Below, one piece after another: positions 51,158 through 61,418 of a stretch of 64,000 nt of DNA. The notes below the pieces were generated by a model. That model did no database searches. It worked only from the letters and a program-made list of their open reading frames with translations, and had not been told where the DNA came from. The stretch comes from Candidatus Babeliales bacterium. GTDB lineage: Bacteria; Babelota; Babeliae; Babelales; JANWKD01. Each line of letters begins with the position of its first letter. Positions within the stretch are counted from its first letter, which is position 1. The DNA is taken from positions 192,001-256,000 of the forward strand of contig CAVXJH010000006.1 in the NCBI GenBank assembly GCA_963762115.1, given 5' to 3'. The position numbers and the translations under genes were made by a program.

Positions 51158-52462
51158 ATGAATTACTTTAAGATACATTATATGCTTCGGTTGCATATTT
51201 TATTTTTGATATGCATATCATTCTTTTCTGACATAATGCAGGCAGTAAATATTGAACATAAAAAATTTTTTGATAGTTCATCAATGGAAAAACAGGATCA
51301 ACTATTAAAAAAAGTTGAAAATATTGCGTCAAATCAGGATTATTCAGACGATGATTATGAAAAATGTGTTAGATTGGCACATACAGTGAATAAAAAATAT
51401 TCTGCAAATGTTCCTGCGAATTTTATTAATCAACCTACTCAAAATCAACAAGATTATCAGAGAATTATCGCACTAGGTCATGACGTCAATAAAAGATATT
51501 CTGCAAAGCATAAAAATTTATTTTTTCCAAAGGTAATTAACGTTGAGGAAAAGATAAAGGAGAGTATCAAAGAAAAGGATAAAAAAGGGCCTCAAGCAAT
51601 TGATTATTTCTCCGTAATTCCCTATAAAAAACCCAATGCAATAGCGCTTTCATTAATACCACAATCAATTCACAATGGGGATGAACTTCTATCTGTGTTG
51701 GGAGCGATTAATAATTTTGTAACTAATCATAAGCATCGCGAATTATTTGAATCGGAAGAATTTTTAAAATTATTCAAAGCAAAATTATCGCATGCCATTG
51801 CTGCAGATACAATATTTAATGATGCTTTAGAAAAGCTAAAAAAGACTCAAGTTTTAAAGTGCCTTAAAATAGTGGAAGCGCTACAAGAGATTGAAAATAA
51901 AATTGCAAACCATATTGTAGAAATAAAAGAAGGAAAATCAGAGAATATAAGACAATTCATTAAAGATGGTTTTGATCCTAATTTTATTATCAATCATAAA
52001 GATCCTTATCTTCCCATAGTATTTCAGAATAATTTATTAAGTTATGTTGATTTTAAAAACAATCCTGAGCTGGCAATAGAATTATTAGAAAAGGGTGTTA
52101 ATCCTAATGGTGCAAATTTATTGCGTAAACAATTTTTTATGCCGCCACCAACGTGGGAGCTTTTTAACGGCTCACGATATATTATTTACAAAAAATTATT
52201 TAAACTTCTTATAGAAAAAGGCTTAGATCCAAATCACAAGTTTAAATTGTGTGAGAATTTCTATCCCACGTTATTAGGAATTGTCGGCTTTTATTTTGAT
52301 TATGATATGGAATTACTTGAAATACTTTTAAAAAAAGGTGCTGATCCTCAATTAGAATATTATATAGAGAGCAGCATAAAAACAACTCCGTGGAAAAATG
52401 CTGAATTGAATAAACGTGAAAAAGTTTTAGCATTATTTAGAAAATATCAAAAATCAGAGTAA
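51158..52462 (+). CDS. Exported degenerate F-box-like plus ankyrin protein with internal repeat
   Basis: Signal peptide; DY....L.H.VNK.YSA twice; EKGVNPN, EKGLDPN and KKGADP. Confidence 0.78.
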   Translation: MNYFKIHYMLRLHILFLICISFFSDIMQAVNIEHKKFFDSSSMEKQDQLLKKVENIASNQDYSDDDYEKCVRLAHTVNKKYSANVPANFINQPTQNQQDYQRIIALGHDVNKRYSAKHKNLFFPKVINVEEKIKESIKEKDKKGPQAIDYFSVIPYKKPNAIALSLIPQSIHNGDELLSVLGAINNFVTNHKHRELFESEEFLKLFKAKLSHAIAADTIFNDALEKLKKTQVLKCLKIVEALQEIENKIANHIVEIKEGKSENIRQFIKDGFDPNFIINHKDPYLPIVFQNNLLSYVDFKNNPELAIELLEKGVNPNGANLLRKQFFMPPPTWELFNGSRYIIYKKLFKLLIEKGLDPNHKFKLCENFYPTLLGIVGFYFDYDMELLEILLKKGADPQLEYYIESSIKTTPWKNAELNKREKVLALFRKYQKSE

Positions 52463-52467
52463 TTTTT

Positions 52468-52620
52468 TTAAGATCGACTTTCAGCATACATTTTTTTAGC
52501 TTTTAGGCTTTCCATTGCATGATCGACAATAGGTTTTTGATATTTTGTAGTAGTTTTTTGTGCAAACCAAGTGTGAATAGTTGATGGAGCATAATTTTTA
52601 AGCTGTGGAATCCATTTTTT
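52468..52620 (-). pseudogene. Decayed gene remnant, second copy
   Basis: KKWIPQLKNYAPSTIHTWFAQKTTTKYQKPIVDHAMESLKAKKMYAESRS*, with an in-frame stop upstream. Confidence 0.5.
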
Positions 52621-52646
52621 GATATAGATATACTATTGGAAAGAAT

Positions 52647-54119
52647 ATGCCCATTTTATTTTTTATGATTATTAGTTTTTTGTTTTTTCATTCTGTCGCC
52701 TTACATGGTATGGATCAATCTAACAAAAACCGCGCAGGTTTATCTTTTAAAGATAGGCGAGTGATAGAGCTCGAGAAAAAAATTGAAGGTATAAGTTTTC
52801 TTGCTTTGGTCGGAATTAATAAGCTTCCAAAATCAAGTTTTAGTAAAGAGCAAAAATACTTTGTTAGAGTTATGCTTGAAAAAGAAGACAAAGAAAATTT
52901 AAAATTATTTCAAGCAGAATTGAAAGAAAAGATGGCACAAAGAGACAGCAATTATGCCGGGCTCTCTTTAGAGGATAGAAATAATAATGAGATTAAAGAA
53001 AAGATTGAAGGTGTAAGCTTTCTTGCCTCAGCCGGCATTAAAAATTCATCAAAAGCATATTTTACTAAAGAGCAAAAATATTTTATCAATTGTAAATTTG
53101 CAGAATTAAATAGATGTTGGTTCAATGAATTACCGATGGAATTACAAGAAAAAGTTATAGAAGGATTAATTCCTTCTAAGGTTACTCCAGATGGGCTATT
53201 ATTCTTATTAAAAGATCTTGCGCATTTTGGCGCAACAAATAAACAAGCTAGAGATTTGATGTGTGCGGAGCTTAAAAAGTATTTTTATAAATGGCCAGAA
53301 TATGGCTTAAATGCACAACATCATTGTATGAGGAATATAATAAAGAGGGTATTTTTGTCTGTGGATTCTGATGTTGCAATAGTTGGAGCTTTAGAATTTA
53401 TTAAAAAATATAAGGGCTTAAAGAATTCTCTTTTGATTTTATTTAAAACAAATTTTAAATCCGTAGATACTTTGATAAGGAAATATAAAATTGCCCTTGA
53501 GCAAAAAAAATTGCATCAGGAATATGACAATCATGCAAGTGCTGATTATGAAAAAAATATAAAAGAAAAAAATAAAGAAATCAAAAAAAATTTAGAGGTC
53601 TTGTTGAGAATAGTTAATCCCAATATTTTAATTGATGATAAAACGTTTTTAGAAAAAGCCCTTGAAGATAATGATTTAGAAATGCTTGATTTTCTTTTAG
53701 ATAAAGGTGCGGACATTAATTTTTTACATGAAGTTACTGAGAGGCTAGTTTTTGTGGGGCTTTCTCAAGAAGATTATTGGGAGATGTTTGTAAAAGCAAA
53801 TCTGCCTTCTTTCATGTTATCAAGATATGAGCAAACTCTTCTTAATGCAGCGGTGCATTCTAATCCACAGTTTGCTCTTGAATTGCTAAAGAGAGATAAC
53901 ATAAATCCCACATTGGGAAGGTATGAAGTTGATTTAGATACTTTTAGAAAAGATTATGGCATTTATAAAGAATTATTTGAAAAACTCATGGAAAAAGGTT
54001 TAGATCCTCAAACAACTTGTAAAATGCCAGGTTATTTTAATGGTATACATACTCTTAAAGCCTTATATAATGAAGCTTGCGTTGGTGTAGATGCAGAAAA
54101 TTATTTAGCAAAAAATTAG
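52647..54119 (+). CDS. Exported F-box-like plus ankyrin protein with duplicated N-terminal module
   Basis: AGLS..DR...E...KIEG.SFLA..GI......F.KEQKYF twice; FNELPMELQEKVIEGL; DKGADIN. Confidence 0.8.
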   Translation: MPILFFMIISFLFFHSVALHGMDQSNKNRAGLSFKDRRVIELEKKIEGISFLALVGINKLPKSSFSKEQKYFVRVMLEKEDKENLKLFQAELKEKMAQRDSNYAGLSLEDRNNNEIKEKIEGVSFLASAGIKNSSKAYFTKEQKYFINCKFAELNRCWFNELPMELQEKVIEGLIPSKVTPDGLLFLLKDLAHFGATNKQARDLMCAELKKYFYKWPEYGLNAQHHCMRNIIKRVFLSVDSDVAIVGALEFIKKYKGLKNSLLILFKTNFKSVDTLIRKYKIALEQKKLHQEYDNHASADYEKNIKEKNKEIKKNLEVLLRIVNPNILIDDKTFLEKALEDNDLEMLDFLLDKGADINFLHEVTERLVFVGLSQEDYWEMFVKANLPSFMLSRYEQTLLNAAVHSNPQFALELLKRDNINPTLGRYEVDLDTFRKDYGIYKELFEKLMEKGLDPQTTCKMPGYFNGIHTLKALYNEACVGVDAENYLAKN

Positions 54120-54172
54120 TAACATAAAAATAGTAATAACTCTCTTAAGATAAATCTGCACGATCAATTTTT

Positions 54173-54493
54173 TTAGTTTAACAATTTAATAATTTCTGAA
54201 GAGCTTGTTATCTCTCTAGGCATTTTTTGTGCTTTATTGCGCTTGTTTTTTAAGGTGGGTGCTAAATGCACTAATTCTCGAATCATATCAACATTATTAT
54301 TTTCAACTGCTTTGTGCAGCAATGTGTTTCCGTGTTCATCAGTAATGTGCGCAAGAACACGTTTTTTTTCTTGTAATAGTTTTGGATTATTTTGCTGTAT
54401 TGCTCTAAAGAGTTGTGCAACAAGTTCCGTATCCATACTTTTTATGGGATGCAATGATGTTAAAAAAAAGCATAATAAATAAATTTTTTTCAT
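54173..54493 (-). CDS. Small exported ankyrin protein
   Basis: Signal peptide ending KS-MD; DEHGNTLLHKAV. Confidence 0.8.
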   Translation of the reverse strand: MKKIYLLCFFLTSLHPIKSMDTELVAQLFRAIQQNNPKLLQEKKRVLAHITDEHGNTLLHKAVENNNVDMIRELVHLAPTLKNKRNKAQKMPREITSSSEIIKLLN

Positions 54494-54664
54494 CGTGTTG
54501 GATCCATTTTTTAATACATGGTAATACTTAAAATGATCATATATAAAAAAATAATAATCGTAAAATTAGATAAACTATTTTTTATTCCGTAATCTATTTG
54601 TTACTCTTCGCATTATAAATGGGATCTTATAAGCGGGGATTATAATTATGTTGAAAAATACATT

Positions 54665-55918
54665 ATGAAGGTTGGTATAATAGGGGCAGGTGCAGCAGGA
54701 TTAACAACGGCATGGTTGCTCGATCAAGATTGCGAAGTTGTTCTTTTTGAGCAACAAAATCGTTTGGGCGGTCATGCTCATACTGTTTTTATTGTGCAAG
54801 ATGGTGAAAATATTCCTATAGAGATTGGCTTTGAATTTTTTAATGCGTGGCTCTTTCCAAAATTTAATTGTTTGCTTAAAATTTTAGAAGTCCCTGTTGT
54901 TTCTTTTCCTTTAACCTATTGTTTTTATACTCATGAAAGCATGTTAACGTTATCTTCATTGCAACCAAGTAAAATGCTCAGACAACTTTTTCATCCTTCA
55001 CTTGTATCAACGTTATTGCAATTTAATTATGTCTTGCAACAAGGTAGAAAATTTGTCAAAAATCCTGATTATAAACTGAGTATTAAGCAATTTGCTGATA
55101 CTTTGTTTATAACACAAACATTTAAAGATGCTTTTTTATATCCATTTTTAACGGCAGGATGGGGGTGTGGTATTGATGAATTTAAGTTGTTTTCAGCGTA
55201 TGATGTGCTTTCATGGATAACGCAAAAAGCGGTTACTATTAAACCTCAAGAATGGTATGAAATTGTTGGCGGAATTTCTGTTTATATTGATGCGCTTGTT
55301 GCACAATTAACAAAAACAGTTATTAGGCAGGATTCTGCTATTGAGGCGGTTCTCTATGAACAAAATAAGTATGTTATTATTGAAAAAAATGGCAGGAAAA
55401 CTGAAGTTGATCATTTGATTATTTCGACTAATCCTCAACAAGCAGCAGAGTTTTTGAAAGATGTTACCTCAAGCCAAGAGGTTTATAAAAAATTATTATA
55501 CTTTGAATCATTTCCTGCCACCGTTGCGATTCATGGTGATCAGCGATTTATGCCAAAAAATAGAGTAGATTGGTCAGTTGCGAATGTTCGTTATGACGGT
55601 GTACAAAGTGCATTAACCGTGTATAAGCCATGGAAATCAAAAAAAATTTTTCGTAGTTGGTTAGTAAGAGATGACATTCAAATGCCAAACCCTCTTTATG
55701 CACTAGAGCAATTTAACCATCAAAAAGTAACGCCGCGCTATTTTGAAGCACAAAAATATTTAAAAAATGTTCAAGGCACCAATAATCTATGGCTTGCTGG
55801 CTGTTATATGGATAATCTTGACTCACATGAGAGTGCTATTGTTTCTGCAATAAACATAGCAGAAAAATTAGCACCACATGCCAAACGATTAGTGCATCTA
55901 AAAAATATTATTTCTTAG
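54665..55918 (+). CDS. FAD-dependent oxidoreductase (amine-oxidase/COG2907-like)
   Basis: GAGAAG, RLGGHAHT and LAGCY...SHESAIVSA motifs. Confidence 0.88.
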   Translation: MKVGIIGAGAAGLTTAWLLDQDCEVVLFEQQNRLGGHAHTVFIVQDGENIPIEIGFEFFNAWLFPKFNCLLKILEVPVVSFPLTYCFYTHESMLTLSSLQPSKMLRQLFHPSLVSTLLQFNYVLQQGRKFVKNPDYKLSIKQFADTLFITQTFKDAFLYPFLTAGWGCGIDEFKLFSAYDVLSWITQKAVTIKPQEWYEIVGGISVYIDALVAQLTKTVIRQDSAIEAVLYEQNKYVIIEKNGRKTEVDHLIISTNPQQAAEFLKDVTSSQEVYKKLLYFESFPATVAIHGDQRFMPKNRVDWSVANVRYDGVQSALTVYKPWKSKKIFRSWLVRDDIQMPNPLYALEQFNHQKVTPRYFEAQKYLKNVQGTNNLWLAGCYMDNLDSHESAIVSAINIAEKLAPHAKRLVHLKNIIS

Positions 55919-56189
55919 GCGAATTTTTGTGATTTTTGTGATCGGTGTGATGGTGATTTCCTTTATCAATATCTCTACCGGAAATTTTACTATTCGAGCC
56001 ACCACGAGAACGAATTGCTCGGGAAAATTCTGAAGCACCTTCAGATAATTTTTTATGGGTAGAATGCATAAGTTTTGACCACGATTCCTGAAGATTCATC
56101 TTCATGCCCGATTGCTTTGAAGGATCGGTGTGATTTGTTGTTTTTTTACTTGAAAATGTGTTTTTTAGCCAATTATTCAATTTTTTCAT
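55908..56189 (-). CDS. Small basic, His-rich hypothetical protein
   Basis: AAGGAG RBS before the ATG at 56189; hydrophilic 93 aa. Confidence 0.55.
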   Translation of the reverse strand: MKKLNNWLKNTFSSKKTTNHTDPSKQSGMKMNLQESWSKLMHSTHKKLSEGASEFSRAIRSRGGSNSKISGRDIDKGNHHHTDHKNHKNSPKK

Positions 56190-56369
56190 TATAAAAACTC
56201 CTTTGTTTATAGTATAAGTATAGTAAAAAGTAATAATAGAATGCAATAGTTTGAAAAATTTGATTTTTTTTGTTAATTGTTGCTATTAGAAATAAAGATC
56301 TGATAAAATGATATTAAAGATATAAAAATCTTAAAGATAAAATTTTTTGATTGTATTGAGGAGATTGCT

Positions 56370-56918
56370 ATGAAGAATATGCGTTATTTTATGATACTAT
56401 TTTTAATCACGAGTTCAGTTTCTTTGTTTGCTAAAATTGCTGATCCTGAAGATTTTTCGCTTGAAGGTGGTTCTAAGGAAGTTGAGCAAGCAAGATTTAT
56501 TAATGATTCAGTAGTAAATATGAGTGATCAAAATATTCTTGTTCAGATACAATTTCATAAAGTATTTAATATAAGTCTTACTCAAGCGCGAGCAGATCTT
56601 AAGAAATATGCTTCTTATAAACAAGTAAGTAGAGTTGTTAATTACGTTCTAGCGCCAAAAAAAGCAATAAAAATGTATGAAATTTTTTTGAAGTCTAATC
56701 CTCTTAGCGATAAGTCATATTGGATGCCAGTAGGGGTGAATATATCAGCACCTGTAGAGCTTTTATCAAAGAGTGGTGAAGTACAACAAAAATTAAGTAT
56801 ACACCTTGATGTAGGTGTTTATACCATTATTGATGGCGTTGTACAATCGAAAAAATATGTTGTTAACATGGTTAATAATGAGTTGCAAGTTGAAACAGAA
56901 AATACGTTAAAACCATAA
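56370..56918 (+). CDS. Hypothetical exported protein
   Basis: GAGGAG RBS and signal peptide ending LFA. Confidence 0.7.
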   Translation: MKNMRYFMILFLITSSVSLFAKIADPEDFSLEGGSKEVEQARFINDSVVNMSDQNILVQIQFHKVFNISLTQARADLKKYASYKQVSRVVNYVLAPKKAIKMYEIFLKSNPLSDKSYWMPVGVNISAPVELLSKSGEVQQKLSIHLDVGVYTIIDGVVQSKKYVVNMVNNELQVETENTLKP

Positions 56919-56941
56919 TATGATTACGGTGAGATGAAGCT

Positions 56942-57436
56942 ATGAATAAAAAATATGTTGCGTTAATTTTTATATTAAGTTTTTTGTATGTGCCCTGTGT
57001 GCAGACAATTACCTATATTCAAAATATGTCCCAAGTATGGGGCCTGAGTGTGCAGAATAAATCAAAAATTCCTTTGGCTATTGTTGATGAAATTTATTAT
57101 CCACAGCATACCAAAGTACGAAAAGAAATTATTAATCCGGGAGGTTTTTATCGTTCTGCGTGGATTAATGCTGCTGTTGGTCGTGATTATAAAACTCAAC
57201 AAACAAGAAACTTTTCGTGGGTATTATCCAATGAGCCTCCTCGAGGACGTATTATTTTTATTTGGGGAGATTGCAAAGGATCAGTTGGTTCAACAAATAT
57301 GATTACTATTGGCAATGCTGAAGGTGTTACTTATCAAGCTGTTCCTTCAGGCACTTACACAGTGATAAATCCACCAAATGGTTCACGATGTGAAATTACG
57401 CTTGCAAATCCAATAGATACTCAATTTACACAATAA
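56942..57436 (+). CDS. Hypothetical exported beta-rich protein
   Basis: Signal peptide; two Cys in the mature part. Confidence 0.65.
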   Translation: MNKKYVALIFILSFLYVPCVQTITYIQNMSQVWGLSVQNKSKIPLAIVDEIYYPQHTKVRKEIINPGGFYRSAWINAAVGRDYKTQQTRNFSWVLSNEPPRGRIIFIWGDCKGSVGSTNMITIGNAEGVTYQAVPSGTYTVINPPNGSRCEITLANPIDTQFTQ

Positions 57437-57440
57437 AAAA

Positions 57441-58796
57441 TTAACTTTTTTTGTCACGAACATCAACGCCCATTTTGTGCAAAATGTCACGCAGCTCATC
57501 AGATTTTTTCCAATCTTTGTCAATGCGTGCTTGATTTCTTTCATCAATAAGTTTTTGTATTTCAGGGGTGATAGTAACTTCTTTTTCTTTTAAAGAGAGT
57601 AAGGTTAATCCAAGTATTTGTTGCAAGAAAGCTTTTACTAAACATGCTTCATGTTTATTTTCAGCAAGATACGTGAGATTTTCAAAAACAACACCAAACA
57701 TTCCTGGCGTATTAAGATCATCGCATAAAAACGTGAGCATTTTTTTTACAATCACCGATTCTTTGATTGCATGTTGGTCTTCTTTTTGGCATTCAAAGCG
57801 TGCAAAGAAGAGGCACAGTTTTTGGTAACTTTTTTGTAGCATTGCCAGATCTTCATGAGAAAAATCAAGAGGAGCACGATAATAGTGATTCAGGATAAAA
57901 AAACGCAAAACCATTGGATCAAATTGTTTGCAGGTGTCACGAATAGTGAAAAAATTACCCAAAGATTTAGACATTTTTTCTTTATCAATACGCACAAAAG
58001 CATTATGCATCCAATAGGTTGAAAATGGTTTTCCGTATAAAGATTCTGACTGTGCAATTTCATTTTCATGATGAGGAAACATGAGGTCCATGCCGCCGCC
58101 ATGAATATCAATATGTTCTCCCAAATATTTTTTTGCTAAGGCAGAACATTCTATGTGCCATCCGGGCCTTCCCCATCCCCAAGGACTTTCCCAAAAAGTT
58201 CCTTTTTCTTCATTTTTCCATAAAGCAAAATCAAGAGGGTTTTTTTTAATAGTATTGATTTCTACGCGAGTGCCTGCTTCAAGATCGTTTATTTTTTGTT
58301 TTGAAAGTTTGCCGTAATCAGGAAAGCTATCAATGCTAAAGTAAACATCGCCGTCAACAACATAGGCATTGCCTTGTTTAACAAGATTTTTAATAAAGGT
58401 AATTATTTCTTGCATGTTATCAGTAACGCGTGGTTCAAACGTAGGCACCAAGCAATTAAGAGCGTTCATATCTTCTTGAAATGTTTCAATAAACGTTGAA
58501 GCAACTTGGTGATAGAGCGTTTTGTCGCCATATTCTTTCTGAGCTCGTAGTAGCAATTTGTCATCAATATCGGTAAAGTTACGACAATAATTGACTGAAT
58601 AGCCAAGAAACATAAGAAGTCGATACATCACGTCAAAAGTTATGTATACTCGTGCATGACCAATATGAGCATAATCATACGGAGTAATACCACAAACATA
58701 TATTTTTAATGGGTGGTTTGGTTGAGGAGTAAAAAGTTCTTTTTTATTACTGAGTGTGTTGGTGATAGTTATCATTTGCATTCTCGAGGGTTTCAA
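57441..58796 (-). CDS. cysS: Cysteine-tRNA ligase
   Basis: YVCGITPY, HIGH, DFALWK, GRPGWHIECS and KMSKSLGN motifs. Confidence 0.98.
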   Translation of the reverse strand: MKPSRMQMITITNTLSNKKELFTPQPNHPLKIYVCGITPYDYAHIGHARVYITFDVMYRLLMFLGYSVNYCRNFTDIDDKLLLRAQKEYGDKTLYHQVASTFIETFQEDMNALNCLVPTFEPRVTDNMQEIITFIKNLVKQGNAYVVDGDVYFSIDSFPDYGKLSKQKINDLEAGTRVEINTIKKNPLDFALWKNEEKGTFWESPWGWGRPGWHIECSALAKKYLGEHIDIHGGGMDLMFPHHENEIAQSESLYGKPFSTYWMHNAFVRIDKEKMSKSLGNFFTIRDTCKQFDPMVLRFFILNHYYRAPLDFSHEDLAMLQKSYQKLCLFFARFECQKEDQHAIKESVIVKKMLTFLCDDLNTPGMFGVVFENLTYLAENKHEACLVKAFLQQILGLTLLSLKEKEVTITPEIQKLIDERNQARIDKDWKKSDELRDILHKMGVDVRDKKS

Positions 58797-58949
58797 AAAA
58801 TTTAATTCCTGTTACGTTATGATTATTAGTGTAAAGGAGATCTTGGTCTCTGGTCAATTTTAAAAAAAAAGGTATTCTATTTTATTACTTTGTCACTCTG
58901 TTAACTGCATGCAAAAAAAAACTGCAGTGTTATGTCTCAGGAGCATTAG

Positions 58950-61418
58950 ATGACAGCATCGTCTATCAAAAAAATTAACTCTACAACGGTATTATTTATT
59001 TCTTGTGCTTTTTTCTTGGTACAATCTACCTTTTTGTTTGCAATGCAACCAACAGAAGAATTGTCTCAAGATGTTGAGCAGAATGAGGTTTTTGATGATG
59101 ATATTTCTATTATCAAGCAACGACGAATTCATGATATTATTGTTGAAGGTAACCATCATGTGAGCACTGAAGCAATTTTTAATAAGATTCCTTATCATAA
59201 GGGTGAGATATTTTCTCCGTTGAAATCTAGATCACTTATTAATAATGTGATGCAATTAGGTTATTTTAAAAATGTACAAATCTTTGGCAAGAACGTTGAT
59301 GATGGTATTGATTTGTATGTTGTCGTTGTTGAAAAAAAACTATTAAAAGAGGTTATTTTTAAAGGTAATAAACACTTAACCGAAAAAGAAATTACCGCCA
59401 AAATTCCCTTTGCTGATATTCCGGCCTTGGATGAATCAGATTTAAAAAAATATTGTATCGCGATAAAAAAACTGTATCGAGATAAAGATTATCATCAGGC
59501 AACTGTTGAAGCTACTCTTGAAGATCATGATGAAAAAGTTACCGCGATCTTTACTATTAATGAACAAAAGAAAACAGCAGTAAAGCGCGTATTTTTTGAA
59601 GGCAATAAGGCTTTTGATAGCAAAAAATTACGCAGTATAATTTTCACTCGTGAAGATTGGGCTTTTGGTTTCTTAGATCGAGCGGGAAGTTATCAACCTG
59701 AAGCAATTGAATCAGATAAACATGTGTTAGAAAATTTTTATCAAAGTAATGGTTATCTTAATGCAAAAGTGACTAAAGTTGACATTGTTCCTGATGAAGA
59801 TCCTCATTATGTACAAGTTACTTTTCATATTGATGAAGGCGATCTTTATACGCTGAGTTCAATAACGGTGCAAGGCAATGACGCTGTTTCAGAAGAACAA
59901 ATTCTTGTGCGTTTGCCCATTGCTGTTGGCGATCTCTATTCAAAAGATAAAATACGGCAAGCAATTGAAACAATCAGATTAATCTTGGGCGAGTTTGGTT
60001 ATATTTATGCCGATGTTGAGCCATCAATTGAGCCCGATGATGAAAATAAAACAGTAAGTTTGTCTTTCTTTACTGAGTTAGGTGATAAAGTCTTTTTGGA
60101 AAGAATTAAGATTATTGGTAATGAAAAAACGCGCGATAAAGTAATTCGTCGTCAGTTACTCTTTGATGAAGGCGATTTATTAACTACGCAAAAACTTGAA
60201 GAATCAAAGACGCGTGTTGAAAATCTTGGTTTCTTTGATCAACAAGGTGGTGTCAGCTGGAAATATGACCGTACAACAAAGGATTCTGCCGATTTAAAAC
60301 TCTATGTTAAAGAAATCAAAACAGGAAGACTTGATGCACAAGTTGGGTTTGGTGGTTCGCCAAAAGATTTACAAAATCCAACTGAATCATTAAGAGTTGG
60401 AGGATCTCTTTCTGATACTAATCTTTTTGGTCTTGGTATCGGCTTTAATTTAAGTGGTGAAATTTCCAAACAAGAGCGTCAATTACTCTTTAATATAACT
60501 GAACCGTGGCTTTTCGATCGACCAATTTATGCAGCGTTTGATGTTGCATTCAAAAAATCTGTCTACGATGATTTTCAGTTGACCAAAGATGAAGTTAAAG
60601 AGCAACTTGCAAGCGGATCATTAAGTTTAGGTTTTGTTGCAGCAAGTTTAAATCAAACAAGATTTGTGTGCCAAGCTGGCTACGAAGGATTGCATTATAA
60701 AAAGCAACCTGTTGCTGATCTTGGTGCCAATGCTGACCCTAAAGAACAGGCAGAATTTCAACGAATTTTAGATAAGCGTTTCCCACAAGGTAATTTTCCA
60801 TGGCTTGGTAGTCAGGCAGCACAAGATTTTAGAAATCATCCATTGCATCCAAGTCGTGGGTATCAGTGGCAAGTTACGACCAGAATTGGTATTCCCAATG
60901 ATGCATTTGGTTTTTGGAAATTTGATTGTGATGCAAGTTATTATACACCAATTATAGGTGAACGAGATTTAGTGTTTTATCTTCACTCACATTTTGGTTG
61001 GGTAACTGCTTTTATGGATAAATTAATTCCATTCAGAGAGTTGTATCATATTGGTGGTCCGTCAAGTGTGCGCGGCTTCCTGTTTGGTGAAATAGGGCCA
61101 ACATTCAAAGGTGTTGATTCAATTGGTGGTAAAAAAGCATTTTGGTTAAATGCTGAACTTATCTTTCCTGTAGCGCCAGATTTTTCGATAAAAGGTGTTC
61201 TTTTCTATGATGGTGGTGCGGGATGGGATACGCCCGACGCAGATCAAATTGCAAAAAAACGACTCAAGAATAATCATTTTAGTTATAGGCATTCAGTTGG
61301 GTTTGGTGTGCGTATTTATCGTCCAACACCTATTCGTATTGATTGGGGTTTTAAGCTTGATCGTAGAAAAGGTGAGAAAGCGAGTGAAGTTCACTTAAGT
61401 TCTTCCTATGATTTCTAA
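58950..61418 (+). CDS. bamA: Outer membrane protein assembly factor BamA
   Basis: POTRA repeats (GNxxT.D.VIRR), VRGF loop-6 motif, and C-terminal barrel ending in F. Confidence 0.96.
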   Translation: MTASSIKKINSTTVLFISCAFFLVQSTFLFAMQPTEELSQDVEQNEVFDDDISIIKQRRIHDIIVEGNHHVSTEAIFNKIPYHKGEIFSPLKSRSLINNVMQLGYFKNVQIFGKNVDDGIDLYVVVVEKKLLKEVIFKGNKHLTEKEITAKIPFADIPALDESDLKKYCIAIKKLYRDKDYHQATVEATLEDHDEKVTAIFTINEQKKTAVKRVFFEGNKAFDSKKLRSIIFTREDWAFGFLDRAGSYQPEAIESDKHVLENFYQSNGYLNAKVTKVDIVPDEDPHYVQVTFHIDEGDLYTLSSITVQGNDAVSEEQILVRLPIAVGDLYSKDKIRQAIETIRLILGEFGYIYADVEPSIEPDDENKTVSLSFFTELGDKVFLERIKIIGNEKTRDKVIRRQLLFDEGDLLTTQKLEESKTRVENLGFFDQQGGVSWKYDRTTKDSADLKLYVKEIKTGRLDAQVGFGGSPKDLQNPTESLRVGGSLSDTNLFGLGIGFNLSGEISKQERQLLFNITEPWLFDRPIYAAFDVAFKKSVYDDFQLTKDEVKEQLASGSLSLGFVAASLNQTRFVCQAGYEGLHYKKQPVADLGANADPKEQAEFQRILDKRFPQGNFPWLGSQAAQDFRNHPLHPSRGYQWQVTTRIGIPNDAFGFWKFDCDASYYTPIIGERDLVFYLHSHFGWVTAFMDKLIPFRELYHIGGPSSVRGFLFGEIGPTFKGVDSIGGKKAFWLNAELIFPVAPDFSIKGVLFYDGGAGWDTPDADQIAKKRLKNNHFSYRHSVGFGVRIYRPTPIRIDWGFKLDRRKGEKASEVHLSSSYDF

